Part shown: positions 28,052-38,481 of the stretch, piece by piece
Position numbering within the stretch: position 1 is the stretch's first letter
Layout: the number at the start of each line of letters is the position of its first letter
Assembly (NCBI GenBank): GCA_022614955.1
Contig: JAKEHP010000254.1
Span: forward strand, 1-42,075
Length of the DNA: 42,075 nucleotides
Source of the DNA: Candidatus Methylomirabilota bacterium
GTDB taxonomy: Bacteria > Methylomirabilota > Methylomirabilia > Methylomirabilales > JACPAU01
Direction of reading: 5' to 3'
The notes under the pieces: model-generated
What the model was told of the DNA's origin: nothing
What the model saw: only the letters and a program-made list of their open reading frames with translations
Database searches by the model: none
Made by a program: the position numbers and the translations under genes

Positions 28052-29017
28052 CTAGTACCCGCGGGTGGGCCTGACCAGGCCCCTGAGGGGACGGCGGCTT
28101 CGCAGCCGCCGGAGGTTCTCCACGAGGACGGCCACCTCCCGCTCGGGGAAGGCAGCGCCGGCAATGTGCGGGGTGACGATCACCTTTGGATGCCGCCAGA
28201 AGGGATGGTCCGGTGGGATCGGCTCCTCGGCAAACACGTCCAGGACCGCCCCCGCGATCCAGCCCCGATCCAAGGCGTGAAGGAGGGCTGCCTCGTCCAC
28301 GACCGGACCCCGGCCGATGTTCATGAGCCAGGCGCTCCGCCGCATCGCCCGAAGCGCGCGCCGCCCGATGAGGCCGCGGGTCTCGGGGGTGAGGGGGAGC
28401 AGGACGACGAGGAAATCGAGGGACCTGAGGAAGACCTCCATTTCCTCCATCCTGAAGATCCGCTCTGCCCCGCTTGCCCGCCCTCCTGTCCGCCGCAGCC
28501 CCCAGACGCGCATCCCGAGGGCCCGGGCTTTCCGGCCGACGAGCCGGCCGATGGCGCCGTAGCCGGCGATCCCCAGCAGCCGCCCCTGGAGGTATTGGGG
28601 GACAAACGGCGACCAGCGGTGCGCCGCCTGCTGGGCCAGAACCCGCGGCACGCCCTGGCTCACTGCTAGGAGGTAGGCGAGGGTGTACTCCGCCATGCGA
28701 TCCTCGAACACCCCCACGGCACGGCAGAGGGGAACGCCGGCTGGCAGGGGGGACCGGAGGAAGCCGTCCACCCCGGCGGACATGGCCTGGATGAGCCGAA
28801 GGCGGCGGGCGGCGGCGAAGGCCTCCGCGGGGACCCTGTAGCCGAAGACCACCTCCGCCTCCGGCATCTTCCGGAGGACCTCCGCGGGCGACCGGCAGAA
28901 CAGGAAGCGGGCTCCGGGCAGGGCGCGTCGCAGGAACGGTGGATAGCGGTCTCCCTCGACGGGCGTATAGACGAGGATCCGGGGGTGGGCGGGCAGGGAT
29001 GGCAGGCGGGTGGGCAT
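28052..29017 (-). CDS. D-2-hydroxyacid dehydrogenase (GhrA-like)
   Basis: SAGVD, GIAGYGAIG, LPLTPETRGLI, NIGRG, LDVF.EEP, TPHIAG; real start ATG 29017. Confidence 0.9.
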   Translation of the reverse strand: MPTRLPSLPAHPRILVYTPVEGDRYPPFLRRALPGARFLFCRSPAEVLRKMPEAEVVFGYRVPAEAFAAARRLRLIQAMSAGVDGFLRSPLPAGVPLCRAVGVFEDRMAEYTLAYLLAVSQGVPRVLAQQAAHRWSPFVPQYLQGRLLGIAGYGAIGRLVGRKARALGMRVWGLRRTGGRASGAERIFRMEEMEVFLRSLDFLVVLLPLTPETRGLIGRRALRAMRRSAWLMNIGRGPVVDEAALLHALDRGWIAGAVLDVFAEEPIPPDHPFWRHPKVIVTPHIAGAAFPEREVAVLVENLRRLRSRRPLRGLVRPTRGY

Positions 29018-29787
29018 CAGGCCACAGCCGCCCGGGCCGTGGCCTCCCGCACGAAGCGGGCCAGGGTCTCGAAGTAGGCCCGGCCCCCGACGACGTACGT
29101 GTCGTTGTGGCCGGCCCCCCGGATGACCTCGAGGGCCTTGGGCTCGCGGGCGGCGGCGAAGAGGCGCCGGGCCATCTCGAGCGGGATGATCTCGTCCCTC
29201 TCCCCGTGCAGGAAGAGGACCGGGCAGCGGACGCTCCCGATCTGCGCCAGGGAATCGTACGTCGGGGTGCCGGGGGAGGGCGGGGGGAGGAAGGGAAAGT
29301 AGAGGCGGATCACGTCGGCGCTGGACGTGAAGGCCGCCTCGAGGACTGCACCCGCGCACCGGTGGCGGGCAGCGATATGCACGGCGAGCGCCGTTCCCAG
29401 CGAGCGGCCGAACAGGATGAGCGGCAGACCGGATTCCGTCGCCCGGGCCGCAGCCGCCTGGAAGGCGGCCTCACCGTCCAGGAAGGTGCCGGCCTTGGAG
29501 ATCTCCCCCTCGCTCCGGCCGTACTCCCGGTAGTCGAAGAGAAAGACCGACACCGGCACCGCCTCGTGCAGGAGGGCGAGGTTCTCCAGGCGGTGGGAGA
29601 TGTTGCCCGCATTCCCGTGGAACCAGAGCCAGGTGGCGATAGCTCGGGGATGGGGGACCCACCAGGCGTGCAGCCGCACGCCATCGGTCGTCCGGAAGAA
29701 AACATCCTCGTAGGCGAGACCCGCGTCGGCCGGGGTCCCGATGAACGCCCGCTCGGGGAAGAAGACGGTGCCGCGTTCGGGAAGCAT
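29017..29787 (-). CDS. Alpha/beta hydrolase (BEM46/ABHD13-like)
   Basis: FHGNAGN, DYREYGRSEG, GRSLG, HGERDEIIP, GAGHND. Confidence 0.9.
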   Translation of the reverse strand: MLPERGTVFFPERAFIGTPADAGLAYEDVFFRTTDGVRLHAWWVPHPRAIATWLWFHGNAGNISHRLENLALLHEAVPVSVFLFDYREYGRSEGEISKAGTFLDGEAAFQAAAARATESGLPLILFGRSLGTALAVHIAARHRCAGAVLEAAFTSSADVIRLYFPFLPPPSPGTPTYDSLAQIGSVRCPVLFLHGERDEIIPLEMARRLFAAAREPKALEVIRGAGHNDTYVVGGRAYFETLARFVREATARAAVA

Positions 29788-29824
29788 GGTGTGCCGCCAT
29801 TCTCCGGGAGGGCCCCCGGGGGTG

Positions 29825-30807
29825 TCAAGGCGGCGGGGGGCGGAGGTGCGGGAACTCGCGGGTCAGGAGGGCGATCAGGACATCGGGGACATCGGTAATG
29901 ATCCCGTCCACGCCCATCTGGATGAGCGTCCGCATGCTGGCCTCGTCGTTTACCGTCCAAGGGATCACCCGGACACCCCCCGATGGGCCTGCTCCACCAG
30001 GTCCCGGTCCACGAACCGGAAGGTGGGGGACCAGGCCGCTGCCTGGGCCTCCTTGGCCAGCTGGTCCGGCCGAACGGGGTTGCCGGTGCTGGTGAGGACG
30101 ACGGTCTCAATGGCGGGACTGAGCTGGTGGACCCGGAGGGCGGAGCGGTGGTCGAAGGATTGGATGGTCACCCGGTCGGCCAGGCCGTTCTGCTCGATGA
30201 GCCGGACGATGGCCCGCTCGAAGGCCTGCCCGTCATCCCCGATGTGCTGCGGGTCGAACGGGACCCGCTTGGTCTCGGCGTTGAACCGGACGCGCCGCGC
30301 GTAGGGGGCGTCCGCGGTCCGGCCGAAGGCGGCCACCAGGTCGAAGATCTCCTGCAGGGTGGGCACGGTGTAGTCGGCCGCGGCGATCTCCCCTCGGAAG
30401 GCCGGGTCCTGCCTCGGGAACTCCTTCTGCTTGACGTCGCAGACGTACCCCCGCTTGAGCTCTTTCAGGCTGAGCCCGGCGATGGCCACGGGGAGGTCGG
30501 GCACATCTGCTGCCACCTTGCGGCACTTGCCCGCCGCGAGGGTCGGGTCGTGGATGACCACCACCTGCTGGTCCCGGGTGAAGTGGAGGTCCAGCTCCAG
30601 GGTGTTCACCCGGAGCTGGAGGGCCCGCTCGAAGGCGGGGAGGGTGTTCTCGGGGATCAGGCCCCGGGCTCCGCGGTGGCCCTGGACATCGAACGCGGGG
30701 ACGCGGCCGATCCAATTCGCCTTCTGGCCGGCAAGCTCCCGGGTCCCGGCCAGGAGGAGGAGGCTCAGGGGCAGGAGGAGCAGTACGGGGCTCCACCGGC
30801 AGCGCAT
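29825..30807 (-). CDS. Exported glycerophosphodiester phosphodiesterase with a 1-nt frameshift in a G run (29976-29981)
   Basis: [28 protein letters not shown]; the C-terminus VIPWTVND...[10 protein letters not shown] continues in another frame to TGA 29825. Confidence 0.85.
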
Positions 30808-30848
30808 GATGATCTCCCGGTGCTCAGGGGTCGCCTACCCTTACACGC

Positions 30849-32603
30849 TCACTTCGCCTTGAGGCGGCGGGCCAGGGCTTCGTACTCCTCGCGGATGCCG
30901 GCGGGGAGCCGGTCCCCGAATTTCTCGAAGAACTCGGCCTGGCTGCGGAGGTTTACGCGCCAGCCCTCGCGGTCCACCCTGAGCAGCTCCTTGAGGGCGT
31001 CGGCCGAAACGGTGAGCCCCTTGCGGTCGAGGGCGGATTTCGTGGGGACGTATCCGATGGGCGTTTTCTCCGCTTCACCGCCGCCCTTGCAGCGCTCGAT
31101 CACCCACTTGAGGATCCTGAGGTTCTCGCCGTACCCGGGCCAGAGGAACTTGCCCTTCTCGTCCCTGCGGAACCAGTTGACGCGGAAGATTTTGGGCGGC
31201 TTCGACGCTCGCTTTTCCATCGCGAGCCAGTGCCCCCAGTATTCGGCCATGTTGTAGCCGCAGAAGGGGAGCATGGCCATGGGGTCCCGGCGCACGACGC
31301 CCACGGCGCCGGTGGTCGCGGCGGTGGTCTCGGAGGAGAGGGTGGCCCCCAGGAAGGTGCCGTGCTGCCAACTGAAGGCCTGGTACACGAGTGGCACGAG
31401 GGTCTGGCGCCGCGCGCCGAAGAGGATGGCGCTGATCGGGACCCCCTTCGGGTTCTGCCACTCGGGCGAGATGGAGGGGCAGGCACTCGCGGGCGCGGTG
31501 AAGCGGCTGTTCGGGTGCGCCGCCGGCTCTCCGCTCGCCGGCGTCCATGGCCGCCCGCGCCAGTCGCGCGCGTGCGGCGGCGGGGGATCGTCGTGCCCCT
31601 CCCACCACACGGTGCCGTCGGGCCTGAGCGCAACGTTGGTGTAGAGGGTGTTCTTCCGGATGGTCGCCATGGCGTTGGGGTTGGTCTTCGAGCTGGTGCC
31701 CGGGACCACCCCGAAGAAGCCGGCCTCGGGATTGACGGCCCACAGTCGGCCATCGGGACCGACGCGCAGCCAGGCGATGTCGTCCCCCAGCGTGTGGACC
31801 CGCCAGCCCTTCAGGGAGGCCGGCGGAATCAGCATGGCGAGGTTGGTCTTGCCGCAGGCGCTTGGGAAGGCGCCGCAGATGTAGGTGATCTCGCCGTCAG
31901 GGCTCTCGACCCCGACGATCAGCATGTGCTCGGCGAGCCACCCCTCGCGTCGGCCCATGTGGCTGGCGATGCGAAGGGCCATGCACTTCTTGGACAGGAG
32001 CGCGTTGCCGCCGTAGCCCGACCCCACGCTCCAGATGGTGTTGTCCTCGGGGAAGTGGCAGATAAAGCGCCGGTCAACGTTCAGGTCGGCCTTGGCGTGC
32101 AGGCCGCGCGTGAAGCTGTCCGAACCGCCGAGCTGCTCGAGGGCCACCGTCCCCATGCGGGTCATCATCCGCATGTTGAGGACGACGTAGTCGCTGTCAG
32201 TGACCTGGATGCCGACCTTGCTGAAAGGAGAGCCGGGCGGTCCCATGAGGAAGGGGATGACGTACATCGTCCGGCCTTCCATGGAGCCGGCAAAAATTTT
32301 GGTGAGGCGGTCGTAGGCCTCCACCGGGGCCATCCAGTTGTTGGTGGGGCCGGCGTCGCCCTTCTCCCGGGAGCAGATGAAGGTGAGGTGCTCGGTGCGG
32401 GCGACGTCGTTCACGGCGCTCCGGTGGAGGTAGCAGCTCCGCAGTTCCCGCTGGTTCAAGGGGATGAGGTCCCCCACGCGAACGGCGGCCTCCAGGAGCC
32501 GCTCGCGCTCGGCCTCGGAACCGTCGCACCACACGACGTCCGCGGGGCGGCACGTTCTGGCGACGTCGCTCACCCAGCGGCGGGCAGATTCGTTTATCGC
32601 CAT
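30849..32603 (-). CDS. pckG: Phosphoenolpyruvate carboxykinase (GTP)
   Basis: DVARTE, SGYGGNALL, WLAEHM, AFPSACGKTNLAM, GDDIAW, HPNSRF, RDPMAMLPFCGYN. Confidence 0.97.
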   Translation of the reverse strand: MAINESARRWVSDVARTCRPADVVWCDGSEAERERLLEAAVRVGDLIPLNQRELRSCYLHRSAVNDVARTEHLTFICSREKGDAGPTNNWMAPVEAYDRLTKIFAGSMEGRTMYVIPFLMGPPGSPFSKVGIQVTDSDYVVLNMRMMTRMGTVALEQLGGSDSFTRGLHAKADLNVDRRFICHFPEDNTIWSVGSGYGGNALLSKKCMALRIASHMGRREGWLAEHMLIVGVESPDGEITYICGAFPSACGKTNLAMLIPPASLKGWRVHTLGDDIAWLRVGPDGRLWAVNPEAGFFGVVPGTSSKTNPNAMATIRKNTLYTNVALRPDGTVWWEGHDDPPPPHARDWRGRPWTPASGEPAAHPNSRFTAPASACPSISPEWQNPKGVPISAILFGARRQTLVPLVYQAFSWQHGTFLGATLSSETTAATTGAVGVVRRDPMAMLPFCGYNMAEYWGHWLAMEKRASKPPKIFRVNWFRRDEKGKFLWPGYGENLRILKWVIERCKGGGEAEKTPIGYVPTKSALDRKGLTVSADALKELLRVDREGWRVNLRSQAEFFEKFGDRLPAGIREEYEALARRLKAK

Positions 32604-32654
32604 GGCTCACTCCGGGCGATGCGGCCGCCCCGACGGCGCGGACGCGGCCGGGCG

Positions 32655-34592
32655 CTAGACCTCGCCCACCACCTCGCCCATGCGGCTCACGCCGTAGCCC
32701 CCCAGGGCGCCGACGGCGGCCCGGAACTCCGGGCCGCGGATGAGGGCGAGGAGGGGCACGAGGAGCGGAGCCTCGTAGTGGGCCCTGGGGATCACCAGGT
32801 CGTATCGCTCCTGAAGCAGCGGGACGAAGGCCAGGTCGAGGGCGCGGGCGGCCGCCAGGATGCCGAGGCCGCAGTCGGCGGCGCCGCTCCGGACGGCCGC
32901 GGCCACGTTCAGGTGGGTGTACTCCTCGCGGGCATAGCCGGGGATCCTCGCGGGGGAGATCCCCCGCTGTTTACACTGATAGTCGAGCAGGATGCGGGTC
33001 CCAGAGCCCCGCTGCCGATTGATGAACTGGAGATCCGGGCGCGTGAGGTCCTCCAGGGTCCGGATGCCCTTGGGATTCCCCTTCGGGACGATGAGCCCCT
33101 GCTCCCGGAACGTCAGGTTCACCAGGACGGCCGGGACGCCGGGAAGGGTCTGGCGGACGAAGGGGAGGTTGTACTCCCCCGTCGCCTCGTCCAGGAGGTG
33201 GGCGCCGGCCAGGTGGGCCTCCCCCCGGGACAGCGCCGTCAGTCCCCCCAGGCTCCCCACGTTGGCCGAGGCGAGTGTGAGGTCCGGGTGGCGCTGCCGG
33301 ATGAAGCTCGCCAGCAGATCCAGCGTGAGGTCGTGGCTCCCGATGGCCACGATGGTCCGGGCGATCTCCTCGGGGTCGCGGAAGAGCTCCACCGTGACCT
33401 CGGCCCCGGCGTGCAGCCCCTCGGAGCCCCGCGGGATCTTCACGACGCCATCGGCCCGGACCAGCGACATGATGACTCCGGCGCCGCGGGAGACGGGGGT
33501 GGCCACAACCTTGCCCCCGACCTGCCCGACTTTAACCCGGAGGAACTCGTCCTCCCCCATGGGGGAGAGGACCTTCCGGGTCAGGGTGGCCCGGACCTTG
33601 GGCCGGCCCGGCAGCGGCAGGCCCAGCATCCGGCACAGGAGGGGCCGCCCCAGCAGCTCGAAGGTGACGGCGGCCGAGACCGGGTAGCCCGGGATTCCCA
33701 GGACCGGTTTCCCCTGGGCAATCCCGAGGATCACCGGGTGGCCCGGCCGGATGGCGATGCCGTGAACCAGGAGCTTTCCCAGCTCCGCCACGGCCGCCGC
33801 GGTGAAGTCCTCCGAGCCGGCCGAGGAGCCGGCGTTCACCACGACTAGGTCGTGCTCCTTGAGCGCCTCCCGGACCGCCTCCAGGACCCGGGGATACTCG
33901 TCCGGGACGATGGGGAACCGGGTCGCGATGCCCCCCCATTCCTCCACCTGGCCGGCGAGCATGAGGGAGTTGTACTCGATGATGTCCCCCGGCTTGACGG
34001 CAGTCCCGGGAGGGACCAGCTCCGTGCCCGTGGGGATGATGGCCACCCGGGGCTTCCGCCGGACGAGGAGGGTGGGGCAGCCGCAGCCGGCCGCGGCCCC
34101 CAGGTCCACGGGGCGGAGGCGGTGGTTCTCCGGCAGGATCAGCTCCGTCGCCACCATGTCCTCCCCCATGGGTCGGACGTGGTGCCACGGGGCGACGGGG
34201 GCCACGATCTCCACCGCCTCGTCCCCGACCGGCTGCAGGGCCTCTAGCATGATGACGGCGTTGAACCCCTCCGGGATGGCATCCCCGGTGTCCACCCAGC
34301 GCGCCTGCTCTCCCAGCTTCAGGTGGATGGGGGTGGCCTCCGAGGCCCCCCGGGTCTCGCTGGCTCGAACCGTCACCCCATCCATGGCCGCCGCGTGGTA
34401 GTGGGGGGAGGAGAGCGCCGCCCAGACCGGGCGGGCCGTCACGCGCCCCAGGCACTCGGCCACCGGGAGGGCTTCCCCCGGCAGGCGGGTGGAGGCCCCG
34501 ACCTCGTCCAGGGCGGTGAGGAAGCGCTCGACCGCCACGTCGAGGGGGATGTCCTCCAGGTAAACCTTCCTGCCCTTCAGCGGATGGACCAT
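32655..34592 (-). CDS. moeA: MoeA fused to a C-terminal PBP (oxyanion-binding) domain
   Basis: AAMDG, VDTGD, TGTEL, AGSSAG, IRPGHP, PGYPVS; then GSHDL...REQGL...NRQRGSGTR...ERYDL. Confidence 0.92.
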   Translation of the reverse strand: MVHPLKGRKVYLEDIPLDVAVERFLTALDEVGASTRLPGEALPVAECLGRVTARPVWAALSSPHYHAAAMDGVTVRASETRGASEATPIHLKLGEQARWVDTGDAIPEGFNAVIMLEALQPVGDEAVEIVAPVAPWHHVRPMGEDMVATELILPENHRLRPVDLGAAAGCGCPTLLVRRKPRVAIIPTGTELVPPGTAVKPGDIIEYNSLMLAGQVEEWGGIATRFPIVPDEYPRVLEAVREALKEHDLVVVNAGSSAGSEDFTAAAVAELGKLLVHGIAIRPGHPVILGIAQGKPVLGIPGYPVSAAVTFELLGRPLLCRMLGLPLPGRPKVRATLTRKVLSPMGEDEFLRVKVGQVGGKVVATPVSRGAGVIMSLVRADGVVKIPRGSEGLHAGAEVTVELFRDPEEIARTIVAIGSHDLTLDLLASFIRQRHPDLTLASANVGSLGGLTALSRGEAHLAGAHLLDEATGEYNLPFVRQTLPGVPAVLVNLTFREQGLIVPKGNPKGIRTLEDLTRPDLQFINRQRGSGTRILLDYQCKQRGISPARIPGYAREEYTHLNVAAAVRSGAADCGLGILAAARALDLAFVPLLQERYDLVIPRAHYEAPLLVPLLALIRGPEFRAAVGALGGYGVSRMGEVVGEV

Positions 34593-34607
34593 ACGCGCAC
34601 CGGCTCT

Positions 34608-35840
34608 TCAGAAGAGGCGAACCGTCACCCGCTCCCCCGCCGGGATTCCGCTGGCGTCTGCCGGGACCTTCACCAGGCCATCCGCCCGGACCAGGGTGTA
34701 GATAAGATTGGACTTGCCGAAGACCGGCTCGGCCGTGAGGACCCCGTCCCTCCGGGTGATCCGCACCGGAACGTAGTCCTCCCGCCCCGGGATCGAGTTC
34801 ACGTTCTTGCCGAGGATTGCCGTCACCTCGGTCCGGTGGGGGGGGTCCCGGAGCCCGAGGAGCGCCGCGATCGCCGGGAGGACGAAGAGCCCGGCAATGA
34901 CCATGGCGGAGACGGGGTTGCCGGGGAGTCCGACCACCGGCTTCTCGTCCACCAGGGCCAGGATGGTCGGCTTCCCCGGCTTGATGGAGATGCCGTGGAC
35001 CAGGACGCCCGGGCGCCCCAGGGCGCTGATCACCTTTGCCGTGATGTCCCGGACGCTCACGGAGGAGCCGGCGGAGAAGACGGCCAGGTCCCCCTCGGCC
35101 ACGGCCCGCTCCGCTAACGCCCGGAGCGCCTCCTCCCGGTCCGGCGCGATGCCCAGGGGGACCGGGATTCCGCCCGCCTCCCGGACGAGGGCGCCGATGG
35201 TGTAGGTGTTGATGTCGCGGATCTGGCCCGGCCCGGGCTCCCGGTCGGGGGGGACTACCTCGTCCCCCGAGGAGACTATGGTGACCCGGGGCCGGCGCCG
35301 GACCCGGACCGCCGTGATCCCCACTGCCGTCAGGCCCCCGAGGTCCTGGGGCCGGAGGCGCTGCCCCGCGGCGAGGAGGACCTGTCCCTTCCGCACGTCC
35401 TCCCCCACCTGGATGACGTTCTCGCCGGGGGCCACGGGCCGGACCACCTCAATGGTAGTGGCGTCCACGGCCTGGGTGTGCTCCACGATGACGACCGCAT
35501 CCGCCCCGTCGGCCAGCATCCCACCCGTGTGCGCCTTCGCCCCCTCCCCCGGGTTGAGCCGAACCGCGGGAGCCTGCCCCATGGGGACCTCGCCGACGAT
35601 CTTCACGTAGGCCGGCAGGCCCTCCGTGGCCCCGAAGGTGTCCTCGGCCCGGACGGAGAAACCGTCCATGTTGCTCCGGGGGAAGGCGGGGAGGTCCATC
35701 GGCGAGGCGAGGTCTTCTGCTGTGACCCGCCCTAACGCCTCCGGCACCGGGACCACCTCGGTCTCCGGGATCGGGGCGATCCGGGGCAGGAAGCGGGCGG
35801 CGGCCTCCTCGACCGTGAGCACCTGGAAGAGTTCTGGCAT
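34608..35840 (-). CDS. moeA: Molybdopterin molybdotransferase MoeA (gephyrin-like)
   Basis: RSNMDGF, HTGG, GEDV, SSGDEV, IKPGKPT, LPGNPVS. Confidence 0.95.
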   Translation of the reverse strand: MPELFQVLTVEEAAARFLPRIAPIPETEVVPVPEALGRVTAEDLASPMDLPAFPRSNMDGFSVRAEDTFGATEGLPAYVKIVGEVPMGQAPAVRLNPGEGAKAHTGGMLADGADAVVIVEHTQAVDATTIEVVRPVAPGENVIQVGEDVRKGQVLLAAGQRLRPQDLGGLTAVGITAVRVRRRPRVTIVSSGDEVVPPDREPGPGQIRDINTYTIGALVREAGGIPVPLGIAPDREEALRALAERAVAEGDLAVFSAGSSVSVRDITAKVISALGRPGVLVHGISIKPGKPTILALVDEKPVVGLPGNPVSAMVIAGLFVLPAIAALLGLRDPPHRTEVTAILGKNVNSIPGREDYVPVRITRRDGVLTAEPVFGKSNLIYTLVRADGLVKVPADASGIPAGERVTVRLF

Positions 35841-35997
35841 GGAACGCTCCGGGCAACGCGGTTGTGCCTCCGAGTAAAACAGGGGGGGGAAAGGTTGTCA
35901 AGGAGCGCAGGTGGGGATGCCATAGGGGAGCGGTTGCCCGTGGCGCCCGGACAGCATATTATCCCGCGGAACCTGGCCTGCGGGGGGAGGTCGTGGC

Positions 35998-36789
35998 GTG
36001 AGCCTGTGGGAGGCCGCAATCCTGGGAACGGTCCAGGGCCTGACGGAGTTTCTGCCGGTCAGTAGTTCGGCCCACCTGGTCCTCGTCCCCTGGGCCCTCG
36101 GCTGGCCCGACCCCGGCCTCACCTTTGATCTGACCGTCCACCTCGGGACGCTCTGCTCCCTGCTCCTCTACTTCCGGAGGGACCTGATGCACCTGACGCG
36201 GCAGGCCGTGGCGGGCGCGCCGGGCGGCGTGCGCCTCCTCACTGCCCTCGCCGTGGGGACGGTGCCGGGAGCGGCGGCCGGCTACTTCGGGAAGGGGTTC
36301 TTCGAGGCGCTCTTCGCCCGGCCGGATTGGGTGGGGGTGTTTCTCCTGGGGACGGCGGTGCTCCTGGGGGTGGCGGAGCGAGTCGGGCGGCGCTCCCGGT
36401 CCCTGGAGGCCCTCGGCGCTTACGAGGCCATCTGGATCGGGGTGGCCCAGGCCGTCGCCATCGCGCCGGGCATCTCCCGCTCGGGGTCCACGATCGCGGT
36501 CGGGCTGCTCCTGGGGTTCACGCGGGAGGCGGCGGCCCGGTTCTCGTTTCTCCTCGCCATCCCCATCGTCCTCGGGGCAGGCGCCCACCAGCTCCTGGGC
36601 CTCCGCCACGCCAGTGGGGCGTCCGTTGCATGGGGACCCCTGCTCGTGGGCTTCGTCATCGCCTCGGCAGCGGGCTACGCCGCCATCGGCGCGCTCCTCC
36701 GCTACCTCCGGACCCGCTCCCTCACCCCCTTCGCCCTCTACTGCGCGCTCCTGGGCATGCTGGTCGTGGCGGCGACCTGGCTCGGCTGA
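35998..36789 (+). CDS. uppP: Undecaprenyl-diphosphate phosphatase
   Basis: GTVQGLTEFLPVSSSAHL, PGISRSGST, AARFSFLL. Confidence 0.96.
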   Translation: MSLWEAAILGTVQGLTEFLPVSSSAHLVLVPWALGWPDPGLTFDLTVHLGTLCSLLLYFRRDLMHLTRQAVAGAPGGVRLLTALAVGTVPGAAAGYFGKGFFEALFARPDWVGVFLLGTAVLLGVAERVGRRSRSLEALGAYEAIWIGVAQAVAIAPGISRSGSTIAVGLLLGFTREAAARFSFLLAIPIVLGAGAHQLLGLRHASGASVAWGPLLVGFVIASAAGYAAIGALLRYLRTRSLTPFALYCALLGMLVVAATWLG

Positions 36790-36802
36790 GGGGACGGGCC
36801 CC

Positions 36803-37600
36803 TCAGGCCTCGCCCGCGGCCTCCGCCACAGCCGCCTTCCGCTGGGCCTTCTCGATAATGCGGGCGGCCAGGATCCCGATCTCGTAGAGGAGGGTGAGGG
36901 GGACGGCCATCAGGGTCTGGTTAAAGATGTCGGGTGTGGGGGTGAGAATGGCGGCGAGGGTGAAGTTGACCAGGATGGCGTACTTCCGATTGCGGGCCAG
37001 GAACTTCGCGGAGACGAGGTTGGCCGCAGCCGCGACGGCGATGGCCAGCGGCAACTGAAAGATCACCCCGAAGGCGAGAAGAAACTTCACGGAGAAATCA
37101 ATGAACAGGCCCACGGAGAGGAGGGGCCGCAGCCCCTCGGTCTTGTAGGTGAGGAGGAAGTTCATGGCGAAGGGGAGGACCAGGAAGTAGCAGAAGGCGA
37201 CCCCGCCGAGGAAGAAGACGACCGACAGGAAGAGGAAGGGGAGGGCGAACCGCTTCTCTCGCTGCAGGAGGCCCGGGGCCACGAACTTCCAGGTCTCGTA
37301 GAGGACAACGGGAAGCGCGATCAGGAGGCCGGTGAAAAACCCCAGCTTGAGGTGCGCCCAGAAGGCCTCCGCCGGGGCCAGGAAGACCAGGTCCGGGGCC
37401 ACCCGGGGCAGCGCCACCAGGTAGGGGTAGGTCGGCTGGAACTCAAAGGCGGTGGCGAGGGACCGCTTCAGGAAGGCGAGGACGACCTCGGAGTAACTGA
37501 AGGAGAGTACGAAGCCGATCCCGATCGCGATGAGGGAGACGACGAGCCGGCGCCGCAGTTCCTCGAGATGGGAGAGGAAGGGCATCTTGGCGTCGGCCAT
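36803..37600 (-). CDS. tatC: Twin-arginine translocase subunit TatC
   Basis: MPFLSHLEELRRRL, WKFVAPGL...EK, FQLP, AAILTPTPD, LYE. Confidence 0.96.
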   Translation of the reverse strand: MADAKMPFLSHLEELRRRLVVSLIAIGIGFVLSFSYSEVVLAFLKRSLATAFEFQPTYPYLVALPRVAPDLVFLAPAEAFWAHLKLGFFTGLLIALPVVLYETWKFVAPGLLQREKRFALPFLFLSVVFFLGGVAFCYFLVLPFAMNFLLTYKTEGLRPLLSVGLFIDFSVKFLLAFGVIFQLPLAIAVAAAANLVSAKFLARNRKYAILVNFTLAAILTPTPDIFNQTLMAVPLTLLYEIGILAARIIEKAQRKAAVAEAAGEA

Positions 37601-37612
37601 GCCGGGTACCCC

Positions 37613-37924
37613 TCAGGCCTCGCGCGAGGCGGGCTCACCCCCGGCCGTCGGCTCGACAGTCGGCAGAGGGGTCTCCCCTGGGGCGGGGGTGGGCGCGGGC
37701 GCCTGCTCCGCCGGGGCAGCAGCCCCGGCCGCTGGCGCAGCAGGGGGCTCCTCCACCGCCGCCACCTCGGCGGCCCAGCCCTCCTTGAGGTCCTCCGAGG
37801 CCCGGCGCAGCTCCCCCAGGGCCCGCCCGAGCTGCTTCCCGATCTCCGGCAGCTTCTTTGGGCCGAAGATAAGGAGGGCCAGGACGAACAGGAGGAGAAG
37901 CTCGGACATCCCGATACCGAACAT
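37613..37924 (-). CDS. tatA: TatA/TatB-family subunit
   Basis: MFGIGMSELLLLFVLALLIFGPKKLPEIGKQLGRAL; could be TatB. Confidence 0.85.
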   Translation of the reverse strand: MFGIGMSELLLLFVLALLIFGPKKLPEIGKQLGRALGELRRASEDLKEGWAAEVAAVEEPPAAPAAGAAAPAEQAPAPTPAPGETPLPTVEPTAGGEPASREA

Positions 37925-37961
37925 GGTGTGCCTCTCCGGGCCACGCTCAGCGCTCGGGGGA

Positions 37962-37991
37962 AGCCTAGTGGCCGCTTTCCCGGAGTGTCAA
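37962..37991 (-). promoter_or_regulatory. Sigma70 promoter for tatAC
   Basis: TTGACA-18 bp-TAGGCT on the minus strand. Confidence 0.6.
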
Positions 37992-38481
37992 GCCGAATCT
38001 CGCCCGCCCCGCTCACGAGGTCGAGCCCCGGCGGGGTCAGGGCCGCTGCCGATGCGCATTACACCCAGCGACGAAGCGGCAGGTAGGTGAGGCAGGCCAC
38101 GAGGCGGGACTCCGGAAAGGTGGAGAGCCAGGCGGAAACGACCTCCGGCTGATCCCCCGGCGGACAGCCGAGTCGCCCTGCGCGCCGTCCTGGCAGCGCG
38201 TGATGTGGGGGGCGATTGCCGTTTCCAGGGTCTGCGAGCTTGCGAAGCACGTTCGGTGGCAGTGAATCGCGGCGAATCCCCTTGAAAATTTTGGCGACAT
38301 GCTCCAAGATGCAGCAACGTCCGGCTCGCCAGGGGGGCGGATGAGAACGCCCCTCAGGTTCACGCCAACAGCGCCCGACGGCGATTCAGGTTCCTCCAGA
38401 ACACGCAAGGATCATAATCCGCTCGCTGAGGAGGAAAAGGATTTCCGCGAAGCAAGAACTTGGGATAGGAGGGAGGAGAAA

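Noticed and set aside
38000-38290. Possible ncRNA or riboswitch (SRP, c-di-GMP) in the tatA-sorA intergenic region
   Set aside because: GC-rich hairpins are present but no diagnostic motif was recognised.
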